DNA of 64,000 nucleotides from a phage. This document shows, piece by piece, positions 1-11,845 of this stretch. The notes under the pieces were generated by a model. The model saw only the letters and a list, made by a program, of their open reading frames with translations. It was not told where the DNA came from and searched no databases. Both the position numbers and the translations under genes were made by a program. The stretch's first letter is position 1; every line of letters starts with the position of its first letter. Location of the stretch: sequence record PZ445435.1, one strand, 5' to 3'.

Positions 1-686
1 GTAGTGTTCCAACGAAAAGAATCATTTTTAATCATCTTTTCAATTACATCTTTTATAGCTTTTTCACTATCAAAACTTTCTTTATTTTCCTTTGGTGAAA
101 AAAGCTTATTCTCTACATCGTTCCATGTATAAACTCGCTGAGCGGTTTTTGGAATACTGTCACGTTCCCCTCGAGCCATCCAATACACAGGAACACGTAA
201 TATTTCACTCGCATGATCGCAGTGGTGAGCGAGATCGTCAATATAACAAATTACGTTATATTTCTCTTTTGCCTTTTTGAACAACTCTTCTTTTGAAGAA
301 TCATGACCACACATCATTACTTCTGAGAAGGCACCAGGAAAAAGAGCATTCAAATTAAATTGACGATTCAGCAGAGCGTCAATAGAATCACCCAATGCTG
401 TAACAGCTACAAAATTATAATCTTCTTTTAATTTGTTAATTACACACAGGGCATCTTTATATGGAGACAAGTAACGAATAAAATCTGAACGATTGTATTT
501 TTCAATTAGCTTAACGCCAAGCTCTTCATCGCAATTAAATAGTTTACCTGGAGAGATAAATTTCTCATCTTGGATCATTTTTAAAATATGTTCCAACGGA
601 AGATTATATTTCTGAGCAAAATAAGGAAGACCTGATTGCCAGCTTAAACATACTCCATCAATATCAGTTAAAATAGTAGGCTTCAT
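1..686 (-). CDS. HAD-like hydrolase, N-terminal ~228 codons (C-terminus lies beyond window start)
   Basis: Minus-strand ORF starting ATG 686..684 (ATGA overlap with upstream ORF stop); N-terminal MKPTILTDIDGV resembles HAD motif I (DxDG); position matches T4 30.2 region. Confidence 0.5.
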   Translation of the reverse strand, partial: MKPTILTDIDGVCLSWQSGLPYFAQKYNLPLEHILKMIQDEKFISPGKLFNCDEELGVKLIEKYNRSDFIRYLSPYKDALCVINKLKEDYNFVAVTALGDSIDALLNRQFNLNALFPGAFSEVMMCGHDSSKEELFKKAKEKYNVICYIDDLAHHCDHASEILRVPVYWMARGERDSIPKTAQRVYTWNDVENKLFSPKENKESFDSEKAIKDVIEKMIKNDSFRWNT

Positions 687-1147
687 AGAGAGTCTCTTAA
701 TAGGTTTAACACATCAATAAATTCAGCTTCGGTTAGTATTGTATCATCTTTTGTTAGACCACTAGCCATGCTGTGCTTCAAAACTTTTCCTTTCGAGGCT
801 TGTAATGCATCACGAAAGCCCTTGTTTTGGATCGCTGCTTCAAAATATGCATTTGTGTATAATTCTTTCCACGCCGGGGAGTATCTTGAAAACGGAACTC
901 CAAGCCAGAAGAGGGTCCCACGGTCCTGAGCTCTAGCATAAGACCTTCCAGCTTGTTGGGCGGCAAGCCCGGATAACCCAAATATACGACGTTGTTGTTC
1001 AACATTTTTCACCTTACACCCTTGGAGGAATCCTTCAAGACCTCCAAATTGAATACCATCCATAACGAAAGGCCATTGGACGAAATTACTTAATGCACAT
1101 GATGGCCACCTAAAATTACTTCTAATCTCTAACTCAGACATTTTCAA
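683..1147 (-). CDS. NADAR/YbiA-like domain protein (154 aa)
   Basis: ORF track; motif LSNFxxWPFxxDGxxF...E.FLQ..K resembles YbiA/NADAR signature; T4 30.3 position. Confidence 0.55.
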   Translation of the reverse strand: MKMSELEIRSNFRWPSCALSNFVQWPFVMDGIQFGGLEGFLQGCKVKNVEQQRRIFGLSGLAAQQAGRSYARAQDRGTLFWLGVPFSRYSPAWKELYTNAYFEAAIQNKGFRDALQASKGKVLKHSMASGLTKDDTILTEAEFIDVLNLLRDSL

Positions 1148-1340
1148 TGCTTATAATTTCAACATCAGCCCAATGACCATAGCAAGGAAGACGAAATTCA
1201 ACTGGCCAGTTAGGGTCCTTTTCTAATATAATAGACTTAACTTGTGGTTCTTCGTGTTCATCAGTATACGGATTTTTATCTGTTACTTTATATGTGACCT
1301 TAATGTACTGAATTCCAAAAATCTTATTAATTATATTCAT
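1134..1340 (-). CDS. hypothetical protein (68 aa)
   Basis: ORF track, tightly packed minus-strand early gene array. Confidence 0.4.
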   Translation of the reverse strand: MNIINKIFGIQYIKVTYKVTDKNPYTDEHEEPQVKSIILEKDPNWPVEFRLPCYGHWADVEIISIENV

Positions 1341-1534
1341 ACTAATTCCTTTAATCCGTAGATAGGAGATAATTCATCACCCATACGAAGGTCTTCATTT
1401 CCATCTACCCAGGAAACAATATAAGCCTCTTTTATTTGAATACCACTCCATTTAAATGGAGGTAGAACCTTAGAAATTAATCCAGGTATACCAACTCCCT
1501 TTAATTCAACGGTTTGACCTAAAAAGAATTTCAT
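1337..1534 (-). CDS. hypothetical protein (65 aa)
   Basis: ORF track, overlaps neighbours by 4 nt. Confidence 0.4.
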   Translation of the reverse strand: MKFFLGQTVELKGVGIPGLISKVLPPFKWSGIQIKEAYIVSWVDGNEDLRMGDELSPIYGLKELV

Positions 1535-1821
1535 TAAAACCTCATCTGAAAACCATGCGATTTAACGTTACCACCGCCAATATCAGAAATATTAATTTCA
1601 CGCGCAATTGAAGGGTCAATGTCAATTTCACGATTGAGTTTAGTGATAGCTAAAGTATCGCGCCCATTTACAGTACGGAACTCTAAAGGACAAACCACAT
1701 CAACGTAGTTTTTAATCGATTCGCTAGTAGGTTGCAAATGAGCAGGAAGGTCTTTGGGCGCCTTTGAGAAAACCACTTCACAGAAATTTTTGCGGGTATC
1801 AAAATAAGTAGTCATAAACAT
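1534..1821 (-). CDS. hypothetical protein (95 aa)
   Basis: ORF track; GAGGA Shine-Dalgarno upstream. Confidence 0.45.
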   Translation of the reverse strand: MFMTTYFDTRKNFCEVVFSKAPKDLPAHLQPTSESIKNYVDVVCPLEFRTVNGRDTLAITKLNREIDIDPSIAREINISDIGGGNVKSHGFQMRF

Positions 1822-1837
1822 AATATTTTCCTCAGTA

Positions 1838-1853
1838 AGGGGCCGAAGCCCCT
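1838..1853 (-). promoter_or_regulatory. intercistronic stem-loop (AGGGGC-UUCG-GCCCCU) immediately upstream of RBS
   Basis: Perfect 6-bp stem with UUCG tetraloop between two ORFs, no U-tract. Confidence 0.4.
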
Positions 1854-1863
1854 CATTTTATTT

Positions 1864-2241
1864 TTAAATATCAAATTCGTTAAGAACTACATCAAAGATT
1901 GCTTCCAAGTGCTCAGGTTTAGCTTTGTTACTCAGAATATGACGAATCCAAGTTTTAACTAAGAGTTTACGATTAGCACCATTCCAGCAAGGATGAGTCC
2001 CTAAATCGCGTTGGCGGAAATCATCATCCAGAGCGATTTTGAAGTTGGAACCTTTCATCGTGATTGAAACCGTGATACCGTTTTCAAATCGCATATAAAC
2101 GTAGTTAGGAGTCATATACTGTTCAATTTCGCATACTGATCCGTTTTGATGTTTCCAGAGGCAAATAGTATCAATAGAACCTGCAATACCATTAGAAACA
2201 TATTTACGTTCAAAGTTGATGTAGTTCATTTTATTCTCCAA
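1864..2241 (-). CDS. hypothetical protein (125 aa)
   Basis: ORF track. Confidence 0.45.
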   Translation of the reverse strand: MENKMNYINFERKYVSNGIAGSIDTICLWKHQNGSVCEIEQYMTPNYVYMRFENGITVSITMKGSNFKIALDDDFRQRDLGTHPCWNGANRKLLVKTWIRHILSNKAKPEHLEAIFDVVLNEFDI

Positions 2242-2264
2242 GATGTTTAATTGCGGTACAGGTA

Positions 2265-2294
2265 TATAATATCATATCCTGTACCAAAGTAAAC
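2265..2294 (-). promoter_or_regulatory. T4-type early promoter (-35 GTTTAC, -10 TATTAT region)
   Basis: GTTTAC at 2294..2289, -10 about 17-18 nt downstream; palindrome gtacagg...cctgtac encloses the -10. Confidence 0.5.
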
Positions 2295-2296
2295 AA

Positions 2297-2629
2297 TTAT
2301 TTTACTACTTTCCAATGCTGCATGTCAAGTTTACCAACTTTTTTCATCTTCTCAATTAAGCGTTCTGCACGTTGGCGAGCTGTAACATAATGCCATTCGC
2401 CTAATTCATTTTGTTCAATTTTTCCAACGATTACTGTATTCAATTCATAAATCCAACCAGTAAAGAAATTATGAACTTGAATTGTAAAGGTGAAATCTGT
2501 TCCCATACCTTCTGTTGTTTCTACTTCAATAATATCACCTTCAACTGCCATTAAGAACCACATAGTTTCATTATATTTACCATTGAAGCATTTAGTTTTA
2601 ACTGCAGCGTTCAGATTAATCGTTTTCAT
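2297..2629 (-). CDS. hypothetical protein (110 aa)
   Basis: ORF track. Confidence 0.45.
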   Translation of the reverse strand: MKTINLNAAVKTKCFNGKYNETMWFLMAVEGDIIEVETTEGMGTDFTFTIQVHNFFTGWIYELNTVIVGKIEQNELGEWHYVTARQRAERLIEKMKKVGKLDMQHWKVVK

Positions 2630-2656
2630 TTTATTCTCCTTTGTTTGTGTAAGATA

Positions 2657-2686
2657 ATACTATCACAAAGGAACCATACTGTAAAC
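2657..2686 (-). promoter_or_regulatory. T4-type early promoter (-35 GTTTACA, -10 TAGTAT)
   Basis: Motif match and spacing; just downstream of a terminator hairpin. Confidence 0.5.
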
Positions 2687-2708
2687 AACTTTGTGCAATC
2701 TTTGGAAA

Positions 2709-2734
2709 ATAAAAAAGGACTCCCGAAGGAGTCC
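2709..2734 (-). terminator. rho-independent terminator (GGACTCC-UUCG-GGAGUCC + U6)
   Basis: Perfect 7-bp stem, UUCG loop, T-run on minus strand. Confidence 0.7.
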
Positions 2735-2739
2735 TCAAC

Positions 2740-2916
2740 TTATGCTTTCTGCTTACCAAAACGAGAAGCATCATCTCGAAGAACCGCACGTGCTCGGCGC
2801 ATGATCTTCTCAACAGTTTGATTGATACGAGAGTTCGACCCACGCTTGTAGCCAGCGCGTTTAGAATCACCAACTTTCTTTTCAACTGCTTTCTTTGCTT
2901 TAGCTTGTTTTGCCAT
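2740..2916 (-). CDS. small basic protein (58 aa, start at internal ATG)
   Basis: ORF track; Lys/Arg-rich; T4 30.9 position. Confidence 0.4.
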   Translation of the reverse strand: MAKQAKAKKAVEKKVGDSKRAGYKRGSNSRINQTVEKIMRRARAVLRDDASRFGKQKA

Positions 2917-3204
2917 TATAAATTCTCTTTTAAATGAAAATGCAGGACTTATTGGCATTGCCTGCGAAAGCCCTCAAAGGGGTACTTAGGTTTTGAATAT
3001 TTACCGACAGGATAACCATAAACCCGTCATCATACCACCAAGACTTACACAGATAACACTTTTCTGACGCATGATAGTAACATTCAAGAGGTACACCATA
3101 AAACTGCCGGGGTCTTAAAACTATAATGATTCGCAAATCATTAATCAGACAGTTCGACGGCTCCTCGTTTTAACTTCACACTAAGGCAGTGACTCTCCAA
3201 TAAA

Positions 3205-3453
3205 TTACTTCAGTGTTACCACAAAGTGACGAACTGCTTTTCGTGCGGCAGAAGCCAGAGGCTTAGCATATTTAAGTTCATCTTTTTCCTGAAGCTCAGC
3301 AGCTAATGCAGTTTGAGCAGGATTCAGATGTTTGAAATAACGCAGGATTTCAAGAGCTTCGGCTTCAACATCAATAGATGCGCCATAGTTTTCGTGACCA
3401 TTATTCCATGCGTTTCGTTGCAGTTCAAGAGCGTGTTGTAATTGTTTAATCAT
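3205..3453 (-). CDS. rIII: lysis inhibition accessory protein rIII
   Basis: 82-aa product matches recalled T4 RIII sequence and position next to gene 31. Confidence 0.85.
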   Translation of the reverse strand: MIKQLQHALELQRNAWNNGHENYGASIDVEAEALEILRYFKHLNPAQTALAAELQEKDELKYAKPLASAARKAVRHFVVTLK

Positions 3454-3571
3454 TTAAAAATTCTCGTTAGAGATTAAAACTCGGTAGTCACGTTCTTCTG
3501 AATTTCATCTTCTTTCGACAGATCTCTCAGTTGTAGACTACCACATAGAATTGAAACTCAATTCATATTAT

Positions 3572-3579
3572 TATTTATA
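3572..3579 (-). promoter_or_regulatory. candidate late promoter TATAAATA
   Basis: Exact TATAAATA on minus strand upstream of rIII. Confidence 0.35.
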
Positions 3580-3915
3580 TCACTTATAAAGACACGGAAT
3601 AGCTTTATAGTGACAGGTAACAAATTTTTGTTTAATTTCTTTTGGCTGCTTAAGACCTAGAGCTACAAAAGGATGCGGAACGTTTCGAATTTGACCAACT
3701 GGAAGAGAAGTCAAATCACCAACTTCGCAGAAACCTTCAGGAACATCAGGACCAACAGAGTGAACTACACACAGTTCAGGAACTTCACCTTGGACACGTT
3801 TACCAATAATAAGTCCTGATTCTGTAACTTCTTCATCACCGGCTTGCGCAGGTTCAGAAACTAAAATAACATATTCACCGACAGCACGAATTGGTAGCTG
3901 TTGTACTTCAGACAT
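3580..3915 (-). CDS. 31: co-chaperonin gp31 (GroES analogue for capsid folding)
   Basis: 111-aa product matches recalled T4 gp31. Confidence 0.9.
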
Positions 3916-3971
3916 CGTTTTTCCTTTTTGTTAACAGATGAATTAATAATAACAAATAATTCTTAAAGCAT

Positions 3972-4280
3972 TTATTTACCAATAAATTGAAGCAAATGCT
4001 CAACTTTCATGCCATTAACGGAAATCAATTTGTCAATAGAAAAACCTCGCCATGCACCGAGTTCAACATCAAATATCGGAATCATATCAGTAGATTCTTT
4101 CCGAGTAGATTCAGTCAATTTACCGGTTTGCATAGTTGGCATAAAGTCAGCATCACGGGTGCCTTTCATAGTACGAATAGTACCATCAGACTTTTCAAAA
4201 ACCACGTTTGAAATACCCATGGACAATTTAGTTTTCAAAATTTCACGAATTGCTACTTTCTGTTCAGTTGTCAGTTTCAT
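3972..4280 (-). CDS. hypothetical protein (102 aa)
   Basis: ORF track. Confidence 0.45.
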   Translation of the reverse strand: MKLTTEQKVAIREILKTKLSMGISNVVFEKSDGTIRTMKGTRDADFMPTMQTGKLTESTRKESTDMIPIFDVELGAWRGFSIDKLISVNGMKVEHLLQFIGK

Positions 4281-4517
4281 TTATTTACCTATTACAGTTT
4301 TAATATGAGTTGTTCCACGTTCTTTAAGAGTGGAAAGCAACTTTTGGCATTTTTCTAAATCAGATTTCCAACTATATGGTCTATCAATACTAGTCCAATC
4401 AGTTTTATAATACTGCTTCCATTTAGAGAAAAAATATTTCTTATACTCTACAGCAAATGAAATGTTCTCATTAGAATAAGAACTAATTGCTGTGAGTTGT
4501 ACCAAACGAAATTTCAT
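4281..4517 (-). CDS. hypothetical protein (78 aa)
   Basis: ORF track. Confidence 0.4.
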   Translation of the reverse strand: MKFRLVQLTAISSYSNENISFAVEYKKYFFSKWKQYYKTDWTSIDRPYSWKSDLEKCQKLLSTLKERGTTHIKTVIGK

Positions 4518-5098
4518 TATTCACCACAGAATTCGTTGATATTTTCCCAATTTAACTTATTCAAGTTTTTCTTAGGAACATTAAACACTTCAATACCTGC
4601 ATTTCGCAGAATATCATCCCAGCCAGGTTTATTTTTATCGTATGTTTCGCAATAAACCAGTTTTTTAATTCCAGATTGAGCTATGGCTTTTGCGCAATCT
4701 GGACAAGGAGAAAGTGTTACATACATAGTAGCACCTTCAATAGAAGAACCATTTCGTGCAGCAAACAAAATTGCATTTAGTTCAGCATGAATTTCATTTT
4801 TAGACGACCATTCAGAGTGAGCGCTACGGTGTTCTTTCGCCAAGACAAAGCGATCAGTTGAACCAAATGATACGCATTCAGGCTTATGGCCTTGGATGAT
4901 AGTATGTTTAGGTTTATTCAGCAACCAACCTTGCTCAGCGGCATAATCACAACAGTTCACACCTCCTGCGGGTGAACCGTTATACCCAGTAGAAATAATA
5001 CGTCCATTCTTTTCAATTACTGCTCCTACCTTCCAGGAGCAACATTTTGATTCTTGTGATACTAAATATGCAATTTGAAGTACTGTACTCGCTTTCAT
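4517..5098 (-). CDS. cd: dCMP deaminase
   Basis: 193 aa; HAE...PCxxC zinc-binding deaminase motifs. Confidence 0.9.
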   Translation of the reverse strand: MKASTVLQIAYLVSQESKCCSWKVGAVIEKNGRIISTGYNGSPAGGVNCCDYAAEQGWLLNKPKHTIIQGHKPECVSFGSTDRFVLAKEHRSAHSEWSSKNEIHAELNAILFAARNGSSIEGATMYVTLSPCPDCAKAIAQSGIKKLVYCETYDKNKPGWDDILRNAGIEVFNVPKKNLNKLNWENINEFCGE

Positions 5099-5433
5099 TT
5101 CATAATCACCAGATAAGCAGATTTAGCAGTTTCAACACGATAAATTTCATGACGAAGTTTAGTTATACTTTTAATAACAGAACTAATTATATTCTGTCCG
5201 TCTTTAAAGCGGTTTTTCTTATCAATAAAAATTGCGCCAACCATCTTTTTGTGAAGCTCAACTGGATACTTCGTCACAATAATAGCATCATATACAGAAG
5301 GATGAATACTATTTACTAGAGTGTCATTCATTAAAGTTATTCTAATGAACTGTGCTGTTTCAGAGTCAAGCGCTCTATGATCGCCAGTATCATTTTCAAG
5401 ACAATTATCAATTATATCAGTTAAATTCATCAT
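5095..5433 (-). CDS. hypothetical protein (112 aa)
   Basis: ORF track, ATGA overlap. Confidence 0.45.
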   Translation of the reverse strand: MMNLTDIIDNCLENDTGDHRALDSETAQFIRITLMNDTLVNSIHPSVYDAIIVTKYPVELHKKMVGAIFIDKKNRFKDGQNIISSVIKSITKLRHEIYRVETAKSAYLVIMK

Positions 5434-5708
5434 AGTACGCCATACACCCTTTGTGCTTCAACTAATCCATCAAAATCCAGTTTAAGATGCGATATTTGAT
5501 CGCCATCACCTGGATTCACAATTACTAATACTGAACGAGGAGTTTCGGTAATAACACGAACCGATGTTTCAGGAAATCGTTCAGAAACCTTATTTACCAA
5601 TTCCTGAGCAAATAGTTTAACTTTTTCTTGGAATTCTTTAACAGTAATTGGTTTTTCACTTAGCAGCATTTTGTTTTCCTCATTTGTTTGGTAGAGCCAT
5701 AATATCAC
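5430..5708 (-). CDS. hypothetical protein (92 aa)
   Basis: ORF track. Confidence 0.45.
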   Translation of the reverse strand: MILWLYQTNEENKMLLSEKPITVKEFQEKVKLFAQELVNKVSERFPETSVRVITETPRSVLVIVNPGDGDQISHLKLDFDGLVEAQRVYGVL

Positions 5709-5725
5709 AACTCTACCGTAAACTA

Positions 5726-6001
5726 TTAAATCGCTTTGAATTCCGCAGTTTGAGATTCAAAGCGAATGTCGCCTTTGATAACTAACTCAGCATCAAGACC
5801 GAATACGACAATGATATGCGCGGAACCTGGATACAGCGTAATGGCAACAGAATCCACCTGGTCTGGAAGCAAAGTGTTTAATACATGAGTCACTTGAGCA
5901 TGGATTCGAAGCTCGGCTGCGTTATCAAGCTTTTCAAACATATTATTAGCGATAATTTGACTAAACACTACTTCTACGATTTTAGAATAAGTCGGAAACA
6001 T
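5726..6001 (-). CDS. hypothetical protein (91 aa)
   Basis: ORF track. Confidence 0.45.
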   Translation of the reverse strand: MFPTYSKIVEVVFSQIIANNMFEKLDNAAELRIHAQVTHVLNTLLPDQVDSVAITLYPGSAHIIVVFGLDAELVIKGDIRFESQTAEFKAI

Positions 6002-6003
6002 AT

Positions 6004-6204
6004 TTACCTCATATAATTTTCTTCAAGCCAATCAATAACATCCAAAGCGTTATCAAAAGTTGAACCATCTACTTTGTCTTCTGTTTCATAATCAAGAACA
6101 TCTAAGCCTACTCTTCCGTCAACAATAGGCCATAAACAAAATAGATATTTCTTTTCTTTTTCAATTTTATCACAAAGACGATAAATCTTTTCTATGTTAT
6201 TCAT
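6004..6204 (-). CDS. hypothetical protein (66 aa)
   Basis: ORF track. Confidence 0.4.
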   Translation of the reverse strand: MNNIEKIYRLCDKIEKEKKYLFCLWPIVDGRVGLDVLDYETEDKVDGSTFDNALDVIDWLEENYMR

Positions 6205-6382
6205 AAGTTTTCCATGGTAAAGGCAGTTTAGTTTTCTTTACTGTTAGTTCAACATCAGGATTCTTTTCTCTCAATTTAAGACATTCCTCCCAAGCTCTGA
6301 TTTCACTAGTGAATACACAAAATTGCCCATTACTAGTACCGACTAAACCACTATTTACAATAATAATAGCCCCAAGTTTCAT
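6197..6382 (-). CDS. hypothetical protein (61 aa)
   Basis: ORF track. Confidence 0.4.
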   Translation of the reverse strand: MKLGAIIIVNSGLVGTSNGQFCVFTSEIRAWEECLKLREKNPDVELTVKKTKLPLPWKTYE

Positions 6383-6394
6383 GATGCCACGCCA

Positions 6395-7616
<1,222 letters not shown>

Positions 7617-7620
<4 letters not shown>

Positions 7621-7847
7621 TTATTTTTCTCAACTAATGATTGAATATAATCATGCAGATCTTTAGATGCCTTACCCCACTTATTTTGATATTCATTTTT
7701 AAGATTAGCACGTGATTGAGCTAATAAAACATCATTAGTTGGAGGTAAAGATTCTAACCGCTGAATTTGGCGTCCATAAATCATTGCAGCCATCTCGGAT
7801 TCATAAATCAATCCTTTGAGATGTTCAAATTGATGCCATGAAATCAT
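7617..7847 (-). CDS. hypothetical protein (76 aa)
   Basis: ORF track. Confidence 0.4.
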
Positions 7848-8143
7848 TTACATTTATCCTCTTTTAACTCTTGACGATAATAACATATCATAGTTTTCTG
7901 GTCATGTACATATCGTTTTACATCATTAAGCCAAATACGAAATTCCTGAGAATCTTCAAATGGCATACCGACCCAAGCTTTACCATCGATAACTTTAACT
8001 TGCCAAGATAGTTTAGCTTCATCATATGACTTTATCTGCACAGGCCAATTAGGATGAACTGTTTCTTTCTTTACTTCTAGAGGCTTTGTCGAACAACCAA
8101 CTAGAAGACCAATAGATAATATTACTGCTGATAGTTTAATCAT
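7844..8143 (-). CDS. putative lipoprotein (99 aa)
   Basis: N-terminal signal with LLVGCS lipobox. Confidence 0.45.
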   Translation of the reverse strand: MIKLSAVILSIGLLVGCSTKPLEVKKETVHPNWPVQIKSYDEAKLSWQVKVIDGKAWVGMPFEDSQEFRIWLNDVKRYVHDQKTMICYYRQELKEDKCK

Positions 8144-8493
8144 TTAGAAAGGTCCTGGATGTCTTCTGCGAACTTGTTGAAGGAGTTGTTGATTTGTTTT
8201 TCAACCAATCCTGGCTTATGAGCCACCACATCCGCCTTCTTTGCGTCTTTGCGCAGTTTTTCATTTTCACGCTCAATAGCAGCAATTGCCTCACGATTTT
8301 TATTATTCATCGCATCAATATAATTATACTGAATTCGCAAATTATCTAATGCTAAAGCGTTTTCATTGGCCGTTTTTGTAATTTCTACAACAGACGTTTC
8401 TAATCTTTCAATTTTACTTTTTAAAATTAAAGAAGTTCCGCCCAATGCAATTACAATTAATAGCAAGCCTGCTGTCGTATTACTTAATTGCAT
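8140..8493 (-). CDS. membrane-anchored coiled-coil protein (117 aa)
   Basis: N-terminal hydrophobic helix then charged heptad-like region. Confidence 0.4.
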   Translation of the reverse strand: MQLSNTTAGLLLIVIALGGTSLILKSKIERLETSVVEITKTANENALALDNLRIQYNYIDAMNNKNREAIAAIERENEKLRKDAKKADVVAHKPGLVEKQINNSFNKFAEDIQDLSK

Positions 8494-8990
8494 AAAGTTT
8501 TAATAACCTCTATAATATCGTCTTGAGAAAGACCGTTAATTAAAATATGATGTTCAGCAGGAGATTTAGAAATTTTAAAGCATGCCTCAACATCTTCTGC
8601 CATATCCGATGCGCTACGATTTGGATTACTGATTCCAAGACGATGTTTTCCCGTCAAAGGATTAACGATGATGTAGCATTTACAATTATTGATATGAACA
8701 TTAGGTTGAGTCTGATTAATGAACACATCACAATCATATTTCGCAAGCTGATTTTCTAAAAAGACTTTCATCTCCTCAACTGCATCAGGAAGCATATCAC
8801 GGGCTTGCTCAAGACGACGATTTCGATATTCTTTAATGGTCGTTTTCCGCTTGACTTGCTTAGCTAAATCTTTCTTAAGATCGGTGATATATCCAACTCG
8901 ACGATTTCCTTTAAATACAGAAATCCCATCTGTAGTATCACCGTATGCTTCAACGACCATCTCAGTAGTAATAAGCTGCAAATCCATCAT
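8484..8990 (-). CDS. alc: probable Alc (host transcription shutoff), assigned by size and synteny only
   Basis: 167/168 aa between pseT cluster and rnlA, as in T4. Confidence 0.45.
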   Translation of the reverse strand: MMDLQLITTEMVVEAYGDTTDGISVFKGNRRVGYITDLKKDLAKQVKRKTTIKEYRNRRLEQARDMLPDAVEEMKVFLENQLAKYDCDVFINQTQPNVHINNCKCYIIVNPLTGKHRLGISNPNRSASDMAEDVEACFKISKSPAEHHILINGLSQDDIIEVIKTLCN

Positions 8991-9018
8991 AAAGTCCTCA
9001 TGTTATGTCAGTAAAATT

Positions 9019-9048
9019 ACTATAACACAACACGAGGGACTTGTAAAC
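9019..9048 (-). promoter_or_regulatory. T4-type early promoter (-35 GTTTACA, -10 TATAGT)
   Basis: Motif and 17-18 nt spacing upstream of 8990 start. Confidence 0.5.
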
Positions 9049-9051
9049 AGC

Positions 9052-10639
<1,588 letters not shown>

Positions 10640-10647
10640 AATAAAAT

Positions 10648-10661
10648 GGGCCTTGCGGCCC
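10648..10661 (-). promoter_or_regulatory. GNRA-loop hairpin (GGGCC-GCAA-GGCCC) 8 nt upstream of denA ATG
   Basis: Perfect 5-bp GC stem between nrdB stop and denA start. Confidence 0.4.
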
Positions 10662-10666
10662 ACTCC

Positions 10667-11845
10667 TTAAAAATATTTTTTAAAACTCATCATAACTTTA
10701 TCATCAACATCATTATCAATCTGTGCAACAAGATAAGATGACAGTTCTACTTCTTGTGGCGCGGATTGAACATTATCAGAATTAAGATATTCACGAATCC
10801 AAGGATATGGGTGTTTAACCGGAGCATCGGTAATTGGGCATGGAAGACCACACTGTTTCATACGAGATACAGTTAAGTAATCAATAAAGCTCCACATGTT
10901 ATTTGTATTTAATCCAGGAACATCGCCATCTTTAAATAAATGAACTGCCCAATCTTTTTCTTGGCGGTTAACTTCCATGAAAATATCAACTGCTTCTTGT
11001 TCACACTCTTGAGCAATTTTAACCCATTCATCGCCATCAGTGCCAAGTTGAAGTTGACGAATAATATATTGAGTGCCTTTAAGGTGAAGCTGTTCATCAC
11101 GTGCAATGAACTTCATAATCTTTGCATTGCCTTCCATAATTTCCATGTTCTTATGGAAGTTAAAGGTACATGCGAAAGATACATAAAAACGAATAGCTTC
11201 CAATGCGTTGATTACATGCAAACAGAGGTAAAGAGATTTCATTAGCTCACGCTTCCAATATGTCTCATGCTCAATAGCATCTTCAATAACATCTTCGTCT
11301 GCATTAATTTCTTTTTGGTATTCGATATCAGCTTTAGCGTTTTCCCAATAACGAGTTTTAGTCAGAACATCATCATAATAACGTCCAATGGATTCAGCAC
11401 GTTTCATAATAGCTTCATCTAATACAATCTCATCAAATACCTTTGACGGATCAGTATAAAGATTTCGCATGATATGTGTATATGAACGAGAGTGAATAGT
11501 TTCACTAAAAGTCCACGTAGCAACCCATGTATCAAGGCTTGGGTCTGAAATTAATGACATAAGTACAGCAGACGGCGCACGACCCTGAATGCTATCCAAA
11601 AGTGATTGATACTTCAGGTTATTAGTAAAAATATTTTGCTGATACTGAGGAAGCTTATTAAACTGTGCAGCATCCATCATTAAGTTTACTTCTTCAGGAC
11701 GCCAAAAAAATGATAAAGATTTCTCAATAAGTTCTTCAAATACTCTATGTCGTTGAATATCATATCGAGCTAAACCCAATCCAGAACCAAAAAACATCGG
11801 CTCAGTCAAAATATTAACAGGGGATGTATTAAAAACTGTACTCAT
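10667..11845 (-). CDS. nrdB: ribonucleotide reductase small subunit (intronless)
   Basis: 392 aa, di-iron/tyrosyl radical R2 family, contiguous ORF. Confidence 0.9.
   Translation of the reverse strand: MSTVFNTSPVNILTEPMFFGSGLGLARYDIQRHRVFEELIEKSLSFFWRPEEVNLMMDAAQFNKLPQYQQNIFTNNLKYQSLLDSIQGRAPSAVLMSLISDPSLDTWVATWTFSETIHSRSYTHIMRNLYTDPSKVFDEIVLDEAIMKRAESIGRYYDDVLTKTRYWENAKADIEYQKEINADEDVIEDAIEHETYWKRELMKSLYLCLHVINALEAIRFYVSFACTFNFHKNMEIMEGNAKIMKFIARDEQLHLKGTQYIIRQLQLGTDGDEWVKIAQECEQEAVDIFMEVNRQEKDWAVHLFKDGDVPGLNTNNMWSFIDYLTVSRMKQCGLPCPITDAPVKHPYPWIREYLNSDNVQSAPQEVELSSYLVAQIDNDVDDKVMMSFKKYF

Noticed and set aside
2631-2885. 84-aa minus-strand ORF overlapping the 30.9-like gene
   Set aside because: Different frame over a terminator/promoter module and the small basic gene; no independent support.
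5691-5723. GTTTAC motif upstream of the 5708 start as an early promoter
   Set aside because: No acceptable -10 at 16-19 nt spacing.
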